DNA of 64,000 nucleotides from Tubiluchus corallicola. Its lineage: Eukaryota > Animalia > Priapulida. Position 1 is the first letter of the stretch. Every line of letters begins with the position of its first letter. Location: the NCBI GenBank assembly GCA_030141605.1, contig JAQGDQ010000142.1:124001-188000 (forward strand), given 5' to 3'. Positions 54,049 to 64,000 of this stretch are shown piece by piece. The position numbers and the translations under genes are program-made. Below the pieces are notes generated by a model. The model was given only the letters and a program-made list of their open reading frames with translations. It had not been told where the DNA came from and searched no databases.

Positions 54049-54748
54049 GTGGGTGTCTGTTAATCTACATATGGACTGTCTGCGTGTTTCATCAGAAATT
54101 CTCATTCGTTAGTGTCATTCATCTGTGTCACATTTGCACAGGAAGTACTGGTTGTATGATATTTTTTGCTGGTGGTCGTGTTTTCTGTGATCGTATGAGA
54201 CTTTGTAATCGAGTAAATGGGTCATATTAATTAATTCTTTATCACGCCTGCGTCCAGGTAACTGCATGTCAATTGTTCATATCAGTCATAATAGGTGAGA
54301 TGATACTAATTATTCGCACTAAGGAGTAATCATAGGAGTGGTGACTCATCCACAGATTTAAACAGCAAGTTTTTTTCAAAAGAACCTATTTAATGTAGAT
54401 GGCGTTGACGGGACCGGAATCTAGTTCCGAAACATGAGAAGATGAACTCGTATAGTGTCTTAGCTACTTTCAGAATACGTATAAATCCCCCTCAACGAAG
54501 TAAATTGCCAGATGAAACCATAAAGAAGCAGTTTTCCTAGTCAGGCGTCTGTTTATTAACCAGACTTAGCATTTCTAAACTTCAGCAGTTAAGCACGTAC
54601 CATGACCACACAGCCGTACCCTCATCTTGCGTGCGAGCGTGCGTGTGTGTGTGTATGTATATGTATATATAAAATATATCTAAATTATAGGCGTTATGCG
54701 GCTTAAACAGAAATATTATAACAGGTGTTTTTGCTACAGTGAACCTAA

Positions 54749-54990
54749 GGCCTCACACGACATGCCATTTTCAGTTGCTCAACTAAAAGTTGTAAAATCT
54801 ATAAATGACTAAAGTCAATTAGAGCACGCAGACATATGCTATTAAAAATTGGGCAACTAAAAGTTGCTTTCTGTGCTCAAACTTTTAGTTGCGTAACTGT
54901 TTTGTAATGTACTGTTTTCAACATGGGCGTGCAAACATGCAATTTTTAGTTGTGCAGTTTTTAACTAAACAGAGGCATGAGAAGAAGGCA
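54749..54990. mobile_element. MITE-like palindromic element
   Basis: Ends ggcctcacacgacatgcc / ggcatgagaagaaggc. Internal caactaaaagttg units on the left and ttttagttg units on the right. Confidence 0.5.
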
Positions 54991-55910
54991 CTGTGTTATG
55001 AAGAAGCAACATTAAACATACAAAAGAGAGAAAAAAGTACTTTGGCCTTTCGCAATGATTGACACCGCTTGTACTCCAGTTCCCATGCTGCAAATGTACG
55101 AACTGTAAATTGTATCAAATTTGCACGATTAAACAATTTAACCTTTTCATATGAACTGACATCGTTAAACAAAATTTGTATTTGGATTTCGAGTCTTTTG
55201 AAATATGCCCAATTCAGCTTACATAGAGCACTAAGAAAAGCCCAAAGATAAGAGACGTTTCTATCAGGTAATGCTTTTCTGCACTTGATGTCGAGTTAGG
55301 TAATGGAAAGTCCAATAATACGCATCATGTCATCATAACTATTTGGACTCATCCGATAATAACCAAAGAATTTAAAATGCCTTTTCACTAATCCCTGGTT
55401 AGTTATTGTGTAAATATTTCTGGCGAGTATTCGGTTTTTGCGAATTAATAATACCCCGCGTACATATGCAACCTCTTGAATGTTTCTTGCGCCTGTTACG
55501 CAATTTAAAATTGTATGTCTACTCGGGGCCTTAATTGAATACAGTTAACGAGTTCTGGAATTTTTCGCTTCTTGACTGCTGCTGAATATAAAAATTCATT
55601 AATTTGAACTCAACTAAGTGTGATCCCTTTGTTTTTTATGCTGCCCCGGATGATACTTTGGTGAGTGTGTTATTATATTATTATTAATAATATTATTAAT
55701 TCACGATTTTTTCAATATGAGTTCTGTTAATAGCATGAAACGCGAAAAATTCCCAGAGCAGTTTGACGACGTCTGCAGTTTGAGCAAGAGCAGTTTGTTC
55801 TCTTGTTTCTGGCGAATGTTCCTAATCAGCCAAAAATGTGAACGTTGGCTGTTGGTAATGGCAGATGTTAGAATTACTGTAACCTACGCTTTGCATATCC
55901 ACTGTACGTG

Positions 55911-56037
55911 CAACAACAACAGAAACAGTAACAACAACAACAACAATAACAACAAAACAACAACAATAACGACAACATTAACAACGATAATGACATTTCT
56001 CATGACAACGAGGATGACAATGGCAATGACAGCAACA
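55911..56037. repeat. (AAC)n microsatellite, degenerate
   Basis: Seen directly. Confidence 0.85.
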
Positions 56038-56226
56038 TGCATAAAACTGTCCTTTGTTCATTTTCATAGTATTAGAAAAATTTCATTTTTCAGATTACAA
56101 AACTTCCAAGTCCTTCACAGTGCATCGTTTGAAAATAATCTCAGTGGACAAATGAGAGACATTTGGGTTTATACATATTATGTTAATTAACGTTTGCTAT
56201 GATTGCCATTATAGGATTGCAATCAG

Positions 56227-56315
56227 GAGGTGTTCACGTTGTTCTTTGAGATGGCAAGAGATTCTGATGCCCCAGATGTAGAGGTCGTGGCAGCAGTTAG
56301 AGGAACCAATCTTCG
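56227..56315 (+). CDS. PLEKHG5: Coding exon, first half of RBD-like domain (EVFTLFFEMARDSDAPDVEVVAAVRGTNLR), phase 0 to 2
   Basis: Acceptor ttgcaatcag (NAGNAG cag/GAG), donor CTTCG|gtatgt, 89 nt. Aligns with PLEKHG5 [26 protein letters not shown]. Confidence 0.87.
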
Positions 56316-58436
56316 GTATGTAATTGTTTACTATTGTTTCCTCTCCGTGCAAGCCGTCAGGCACACAATGGGAGTCGCAGTTTTCACATTTGATGGTTCC
56401 GGAAATGAACACTAGAAATGGAATATTCGTTGTACAATTTAGTTCAGTACAGGTGGTCACCTGGCCTCAGGACGAGGTTAAAAAGACTTAAAAAGAGTGC
56501 ATTGATAAATCTTCCCAGTTTGGACAAGCACATTGTATACCTGCAGTTTTCAAATGTTTCAAGAAAAACAAAACAATCTACTCTTTAAAATATTGAAAGG
56601 AATCATATTATTTTTTTCAAAAATTGCTTACGTGAAGGAATTATTACCACACAAACATAATCTATTATTCATTTATCAGAAACGCTTTTGTTGTATTAAT
56701 TGTGTTAAAATGTATACTTTTTGTCGGACTTGAAAATGGGGTAGTATATGAAAAATCATCCTGTCTTCCTTTAAGTTATTCCAAATACCTGGTGATAATT
56801 AGTTAATTTACTGGCGCAGTGGTAGTTAAATTAATTAGATGCAGCATAGGTATGCCAAATTCAATGTACTGGGCTCAATTCTGGTTTCACTCAAAGTTTT
56901 TTATTTAATTGTTCCCCTCTTTTGCAAATTAGTCGTCAGATCAATTTTTTCAAATGGGTGTGAGGTTTATTAATTTATAATTCTCAAACACTAAGATTAC
57001 ATTTAATAAATAAGAAAGCCAAACTTGCTAACCACATAGCCCAGTGTGTTTTACTTTCTATAAATTTTAGTAATTTTCCTTTAAATTCTTTGCCAATAGG
57101 TGAAACCGTTAATGTTGTGCTTTATTTTACTTTCATAGTGGTGAGTGCTGCCACCTAGGAGTTCGGATAAACATTATTTGCTTTATTGTCCGACGCTATT
57201 GCATATTAGACTTTAGTCTTCAAATTGTGACTAATTCTTAAACGACAGTATAAACTTTACCTTAGAGGAAATTTTCATTGGTAGTTCTGGTTACTTAACT
57301 TGCAAATAATTTTGCTGAAAAACACTCGTTTTTACTTACCACTTTTCACACTTCATTTTCACTAACTGCATAAGATGCAAAAATAGCAAATTGCCCAAAT
57401 AAATTTAAAAAAATTTAGTTGTCGTGAAAAGTGTGAATTGATTAAATGTGCGCGTGATATTATCAGTCCTTAATTTCGATTAATCAGAAAAAGGCGCCGT
57501 ATAGCGAGTGGCTGGTGGCTCCATCTAACGACAATCTATTTTAGTGTTTAGTTTTCAATGCCCATTCAGAAACAAGGCAGTACGACACGGTACAAAAAAT
57601 ACCGGACCGCAATTCCGTACCGAACATGCAAAATCGAATCGTATCGTACTAGTACGACAAAATATCGTACCGTAATTCCGTATGAAATTTCGTACCAAGT
57701 GCATGTAGAATCTACTATAAAAATATAAAGAGTGGCATAAAAATTAATTGTAAAAACGACAAGTTTATCAGTTATTATTATGAATTTATGCATACTATAA
57801 AACAGAACTGCTGTTTGAACTTTCATACTACTCATTTTAGGTTTCAAAATTTACACGAAATTGTACACGAGATGTAAATTTACTCTGAGTTACTTATTCT
57901 TAATAAATAATTTTGTGGCAGGCACGAGGAGTTACGGTCATTAATTAGATTTTAATGGTTAACGAAGATTCAAATTTAGTGTCTTGTCTAAAGCATTTGC
58001 AACTATGCCATAAAGGCTGCGCAGGTTAACTAAGTCGGTTCTACTCGAATTTCTTTCGTTAGCAAAGCAAATCTTTAACCCATATATTGTTCTCAAGTTA
58101 TGCAGATTTTTTTGAAACAAGAACAGGTAGAAACGGCACAGGAAAAAGGCGCAATTTTTTACCGTGCCATTTTTACTCTGCACGGTAGTACATTCCTGTA
58201 CAATTCTGGGTGTTAGATGAATAGTTGTCAAACATGGTAAGCAATATATCCAGTTTGTATACGTACAATAATAAAGGTAAGGTAATTTACGAAAAATAAG
58301 AACAAAAAGCACAAAGGGTACTGGATAAAAAATAGTTTTTAATGATATTTTATATTTTTGTTTTTCATTTGAATATAGTTCGTAGTGGACTGAACGATGT
58401 CTTTTCATGTTTACGGGATAAATAGAATTTCCTGGG

Positions 58437-59089
58437 AATTGACGTCAAACATATTGGTCTATCGCTCCGCCCCCGCTGCAACGTAAGCACGCTCAGCAGC
58501 ATTCGGGACAACAGCTCACACAGGACAACAACTGTCTAAGACTCTAAGCTAAGCTAAACTAAACTAAGCAATATGACAGTCACAACTAGTGTCTAATCAG
58601 CAGATAAACTGATTGCTCTTTTTCATAAACACAAATTTGCAGAGCAGCAGCTATTTTAACACGAAATTAACACTTCAAGTAGCCAACAAATGACTTTTCA
58701 ATTTAAACAGAATGTAAGGACGAAGTTTCAAAGCACTACAAAATACAGGGACATAAATATAATAAAGAAACTGCGTATTTTCTTGATTGCAAAATGGTTT
58801 AAAAAATCAGCAACTCATAGACGTAAGTGTTGTGCATTTCTTCCTATAAACGAAACTAGGCTATATATTTCCACTAATTCACTTGCAATTTCAATTGACA
58901 ATAAGGAAATCTAGAACAAGGCCAATATTTCTCCCGCTAACAAATGAAAAATTGAGCATTTTTCATAACAGTGTTAGATGGAGCTGTAGCTAAATGTCCC
59001 GAACGTACCTGCTGCAGGGGTGTGTGAAATAACTTGCACGCTAATTGGGCAGTCAACGAAAATGATTGACATTATATTAGACGTCAATT
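58437..59089. mobile_element. Decayed MITE with long degenerate inverted ends
   Basis: aattgacgtcaaacatattggtctatc pairs with gattgacattatattagacgtcaatt; gcagcattcgggacaacagctc pairs with gagctgtagctaaatgtcccgaacgtacctgctgc. Confidence 0.5.
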
Positions 59090-59242
59090 GTAAACTGTAG
59101 CCAAAATCTTTCTGTACGTGGTTTTAAGTGAAACGAGTTTTCTACGAAAAATATCTGTGAAAAAATTTCTGTGAAAAAATTTTCTGAAAGCACTTTTTCT
59201 GGGAAACGGACCTTCCCTTGCTTACTGCAAATGTTGGTATCG

Positions 59243-59366
59243 TTGTTGTAGGCGGGAGGCGTGATTGCATGAATAACTTTTTGCTATCTACTCTATCATT
59301 GTTGTAGGCGGGAGGCGTGATTGCATGAATAACTTTTTGCTATCTACTCTATCATTGTTGTAGGCG
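59243..59366. repeat. Perfect 56-bp tandem duplication (2.2 copies)
   Basis: Unit ttgttgtaggcgggaggcgtgattgcatgaataactttttgctatctactctatca starts at 59243 and 59299; partial copy at 59355. Confidence 0.95.
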
Positions 59367-60137
59367 TGAGAATGTTTGGGTTTGCGGGTAACTAAGTTAC
59401 GCCTATTCTGTAGTAAAGAGCTTGTTTGTGCACTTGTCAGTTTTGGTGTATATATTTTATAGTAAATATAGCATCTTTTATGGTGGGGGATATACGTTTA
59501 AATCAGAAGTTTAATCGTTTCCGAGCGCATCAGTTCTTTTGGCTCATTATTGTCAATACTTGAGCTTTAACTATTGACTATTAACTATTGAACATTAACT
59601 ATTTAACTATAGTCCATTGGCCATATTAACAATTTTTCTGGAAATGACCTTTTCAAGTCTTTAATTTGATATTTGGCTTTTCGAGTGTTTTTGCAGATCT
59701 TGCAGATTTGCAGATTAGTAAGCTTCTTATCTAAGTTTAAAAATGAGGAAGAGCTGGCTTTGCTATAAAACCTCACTCCATCACCCCAAGGCTGCTGCAT
59801 CAACCACAGTTGACAGTCTAGTAATAAGTCACTGATAGTTGATGCATGTGTTTGTGACAGTCTCATTGACAGATGATGTGAGAAAAATACCTGCAGGAGA
59901 TAAAGAACTGTCACAAAACTTCGTGTATTGTGTCAAAAGTGTTCTCATTCACAGAAAGGAGGACAACGACACTCTGTTTTGTTTTTTCGTGTAAATTTGG
60001 AACTGGACAAATTCACAATACTTTGAGCTGTTATCTCCTGCTGTATTATGCACTTACAAATTTGTAGTTAAAATGGAGGCTTGAGTTGAAATGGTTTTAC
60101 GTACCTGGTTCACAAATTTGACTGTGTTGGATTGTTT

Positions 60138-60208
60138 ATGTGTGATACAATGATGTCGTATAGAAAAGGTACATGTGATATAGGAACTTGCCCTGCGAGC
60201 TTTTCACG
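60138..60208 (+). CDS. Candidate internal alternative first exon (MCDTMMSYRKGTCDIGTCPASFSR), phase 2
   Basis: Three in-frame ATGs, an upstream in-frame TGA, and a strong donor CACG|gtaagt. Phase 2 fits the 61655 acceptor. Confidence 0.4.
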
Positions 60209-61654
60209 GTAAGTAAAAAGTAAGGGTGAACTGTGTATCCCAGATGTCTGCATCAAAAATGTTGCAATATTCTTAATGATCTCTCGAACAAGATTTGTAC
60301 TACCTTTGCGTTTATTTTTTGCCCAAGGTCTTTAAAATAAAAAAAGCAATAAAAGAGCATGTAAACCATTTTTCGTGCAAAAGACCGTGGACCTGGGAAC
60401 CCCTTTATCAAAAACAGTAATTTGATTTAAATTAGCTCCGTCGAAGAACTGGGAACTGTAGCTCAATACCTGGATTGTGAATAAGCGTGGCTTGTATCAA
60501 TTCAACAGACGACTGCTAAAAGTCTCTTGAGTGGAATGGATGCTATCGGATTCAGTACGTTGGAAAACCGCAAATTGAATACTCCTATTAGACTAATGCA
60601 TGATCTTTTTACGTCTGAACTAGTCAGGATTAGTGTACTTATTCGATTTTCTGCCCTTCGAGTGCTGGAGGACGTTAGTTGAAGGTGACTGTCGTTCAAT
60701 CGTCTTTGATTAGCGAAGGCTTTAGCCTGGAGTCTACACACGTATTTTTATCATTGACTTTTTCGCAATTCAATATCTTTCTGGCGTTTTCTAGATAAAA
60801 CTTGTTTGTAGGTAACGCGTTTTGGGTCTTTAGAAATGCGCTTCTTTAGTTCGATGTCGTTTTTGGAAAAAATCCATAGCTTTAAATCAGTGCGTGAGAT
60901 GTATTGATTTGTCGCAGACGGTCGACATAGACTTATGTAGAGGGTCGCAACACACAAGCTGTATTGACTGTTCTATTGTTTCTTCAGTGTGATCGTGCGG
61001 TGTTTACAACCTGTGTTACTAGCGCTGATACTACTTTATAATTGACTGTAAAATGATTTAATTCTGCCCTTTATCACGCAATAAGATGTGCGGATTGAAG
61101 GTGACCGTTTCAGTCGTTCGTCAGATTAACATTGTAGTGCAAATCTGCAGTTGATGACTGAATAACCAGTATGTTATAAATGCCCAGTATGAAAGTTTGT
61201 ATAACATTATCAGCACGGTTTCTACAAGTTTATTAAGGCAATTTCTTTTTGCGAAAGTTTGGTGTAAAACAATAGCTGCTAGATGGCTGGACTGTTTCAA
61301 ATTGTTAAATTGTATGAACGATTTCGATTTAACGTTATGGTGATTAAACTATAATATTCAGTATACCCCAGGGTTATTTATTTGCATTGACTGTGAGCCT
61401 GCATGTAGATGGTAGGTCTTATGACATATCATAATATCACAATGTATAACATGGTACGAATTTCATGATGTAGTGATTTCAAGGACCCACAAAGTACCTT
61501 CTCATTTGAACTCCATTGAACAAACAGAGATTGTTCATCTTCTGTTTTTCCTTTTAGCTTGCCTCTAGCTAATTATTATTATTACCTGCTAATTAGCAGT
61601 TTATTTATTAATTATTTATTTTCGTATTTTAACTTTTTTATTTTTTTCAAACAG

Positions 61655-61791
61655 CGATGCATTGCAACCATTATTTGAGCGAAGAGGCATTGACGTCAAT
61701 TCGGTGGACATATTTTTGGAGGCGTCCAGTACTCCTTTGCCGCTGCAGTTTGATACATTTCCACTAGGCGGCAATAGTCTACACGTTAGAC
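61655..61791 (+). CDS. PLEKHG5: Coding exon, second half of RBD-like domain ([45 protein letters not shown]), phase 2 to 1
   Basis: Long T tract plus acag acceptor, donor AGAC|gtaagt, 137 nt. Strongest similarity to the PLEKHG5 N-terminal RBD/ubiquitin-like domain. Confidence 0.92.
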
Positions 61792-62839
61792 GTAAGTAAT
61801 TAAATTGTTCATACGAATTGCAACCATGATGTAATAATTTAATGACGTGCATACAATACACCTATAATTGTACAATAATTATGAGTTCGTCTGTATTACG
61901 AAGATGTGTACTAGAGATTTGCATTAAAAATTACTAGCTGCCTATGACTTTAAATAGTAAAAACTTCTAATTTTTTAATGTGAAACTGTTTGCACTTGAG
62001 TCGAACACTTATTAAACTAATAGGAGCTGGTATGCCGTCAATAGCGTAACACCGTAGTGTCTGGTAAATGAATACTTTTGAGAAGTTTTTTATAGAAATG
62101 AGTTCAGCACCGTGAGTTTCATATTTTCTTATCACTTTTGAAAAATTCAATATTGATACTAGAGCTTTTTAAAGGCAAGCTTGAATAGAATTCGTTCAAT
62201 ATCCGACTTACAATAGCTATTAAACAATAGCCGAAATTTCACTGAATACCCCTGTGCCTTTTATAAACACAGAGATAGTTTGAAGTGTTGCAAACATTGA
62301 AAAGTTAATCCTTTCGCAGAGTTTTCCAACTGTGTGTGTAATCAGTAGTAATAGCTCTTTATAACGTTATGTAAACTTACTCTGTCAGGCAATGTTTGAT
62401 AACTCCATAGGCTATTATAACGGTGTGAAAGTCAGACAGAAAGTACATTGGGATAGATGGCTGAGAAGGATGAAACAATAGAGTGAGAGGGACAGATATA
62501 GTAAGAAATCTAAAACAGTAAGGCGAGAGGAATAACTAAGTGACTGAAGTCACTTAGTTGCAACAGTTAAGCAGTACCAACCCTGGATAGTAAATTGATG
62601 TATATTTGCCAGGAAAATTGTTTTAATACCATCTGTAGGTTATTTTTCTTATTGAGGAAACATACAACATATTCAAAGCGACGTATAATGATTTCGCGGT
62701 TTTTTTGAACAGTATATTAATTAACTGTAGTGGTGCTGAGTTGAGTTGAATGAGGGTTTTCAGGATGGCTCTTTATAATATATATTTCCGGAAATGGAGG
62801 TGTAAGAAATGACCTGGGTTTGTGTAAACATAAGGTGCC

Positions 62840-62980
62840 ATTTACACCAACGCGCTACTATCTCTGTCGCCATTGTCTGTATGTTTGCCTGTGATCACGC
62901 ACGCTAACAACGATGCTCTGTTATATCGCAGGGCCGCCATCATTGTACGAGAAAAAATTGTTTTTGGCAGTTCAGTTTGT
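62840..62980 (+). promoter_or_regulatory. Possible internal promoter
   Basis: Local CpG/GC enrichment in an AT-rich intron and an initiator-like TCAGTT at 62972-62977, upstream of the 63234 candidate exon. Confidence 0.25.
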
Positions 62981-63233
62981 GTCATTATTTGATTAAGTCG
63001 AAGGCTTATGGTTTAGCATAGAATTATCGAGCATTTTTATTCTAAAATTCTCAGTTCTGGGCTTCTGAGAGCTTCTGCTATTATTTGAAAGAATAAACTA
63101 ATTATAAGAGTTAGGAAAAGTATGTGAAATGCTGCAAGGTTGTTGTGCGCAGAAAAAGTTATTTTATGAAAGAATATACTAATCGTAAGAGTTAAACTGT
63201 GTGAAGTGCTACAAACGTGTAATTTTTGTGCGC

Positions 63234-63279
63234 ATGTCAATACTGATGTTATTTAGTCAGGAATCGTCATTTTCGAAAG
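63234..63279 (+). CDS. Candidate internal alternative first exon (MSILMLFSQESSFSK), phase 1
   Basis: Consensus donor AAG|gtaagt. Phase 1 equals the phase of the intron after 61791. A CpG-richer promoter-like stretch lies upstream. Confidence 0.45.
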
Positions 63280-64000
63280 GTAAGTCAGGTATTGAATAAA
63301 TTGAACTTTTTTAAAACTATTTTATTTTATTTTAGTATAATGCAGTTGCGCTCTTCGTGGCAATGATGAATCTTCAAATAGCATTACCAAGCATTATATT
63401 CCCCCTTAGGTAGTATGACCTTTAATTATCACAGTAATCATCATTTGCAAGAAGGCTTTCTTTCCAATCAGTATGGCAGCGATTACAGCTCTGTCCGTGC
63501 TATATGATACACCAGTGGCTATAGTACTAAATGGCTTCTCTCTCTCATTAGTGGTTTCGTGTATATTTGTCAGTGACCTATTCTAATATCTCCGCGAGCG
63601 AGGGAGGAGGGGGATGCATAATAATTACTGATAAGTGGAATCATTATTGCTATTGCGGTGTGTTGTTTGGCTTGCGATTGAATGATTGTAAAACTATAAT
63701 ATTTATAAGGCGTATAGTTTTATGACTGTATATTGACCATACGCCTGAAGACCAATAAAAACCCACCAAGTGTTTTCCAAGAATACAGGTAAACCTAGAT
63801 GGGGTAAACAAAGTATAGACGTTAAAAATAAATAAAAAAACCAAGTGCTTAACCTAATTATTTGTAATTTCAACCTTTCATTTGAAAGCCTGAGCTTCAG
63901 AATAAATAGAATAGAAATTTATTTCTCCCTTGGATGCATAAAAAATATGATACCTACATGTTATTTCCATTATGGTCCAGGTGTTAGTAAAAGTGAAATC

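Larger units (their letters stand above)
34768..61791 (+). other. PLEKHG5: Partial gene span (5' coding part) of a PLEKHG5/Syx-like RhoGEF; continues beyond the window, first exon(s) upstream
   Basis: Six exons splice with phases 1,2,0,0,2 into a single stop-free frame. Segments match human PLEKHG5 as I recall it, in the same order: VARNVS..STKSMP ~ LARNVSTRSCPP; TKLKRRKATRRR ~ LKLSKKKARRR; EVFTLFFE ~ [51 protein letters not shown] ~ [43 protein letters not shown]. Confidence 0.88.

Noticed and set aside
55638-55660. MLPRMIL + TG|gtgagt candidate start exon
   Set aside because: Phase 2 inside a phase-0 intron; usable only by skipping 56227.
56812-56890. TGGCGCAGTGG A-box, possible tRNA gene (also 8190-8250 on the minus strand)
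   Set aside because: Degenerate B box and no cloverleaf; decayed SINE-like remnants, not tRNA genes.
61616-61861. Minus-strand 81-aa ORF (also 37766-37978, 34674-34886, 56209-56460)
   Set aside because: Antisense shadows of real + strand exons.

Overview
AT-rich animal genomic DNA, probably invertebrate. It is almost entirely intronic, with many microsatellites, decayed SINEs and MITE-type DNA transposons, and nearly all ORF-track entries are noise. The real coding signal is a + strand gene with long introns. Six exons (34768-34894, 37846-38026, 51193-51271, 53764-54048, 56227-56315, 61655-61791) join through GT-AG sites with consistent phases into one stop-free frame. This frame encodes the N-terminus and Ras-binding-like (RBD/ubiquitin-fold) domain of a PLEKHG5 (Syx/GEF720)-type RhoGEF; the DH-PH exons should lie beyond the right edge. 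The identification rests on my recollection of the human protein, not on a search. Points worth follow-up: several candidate ATG-bearing alternative first exons whose phases match the next acceptor; a 95-aa phase 0-0 exon with LATS/14-3-3/PKA-type motifs where human PLEKHG5 has no counterpart; a minisatellite carrying splice-donor motifs; a nested hAT insertion; (TA)n-centred fold-back palindromes; and a tandem duplication starting at a G-quadruplex motif. I found no prokaryotic-type system, CRISPR array or intact RNA gene.
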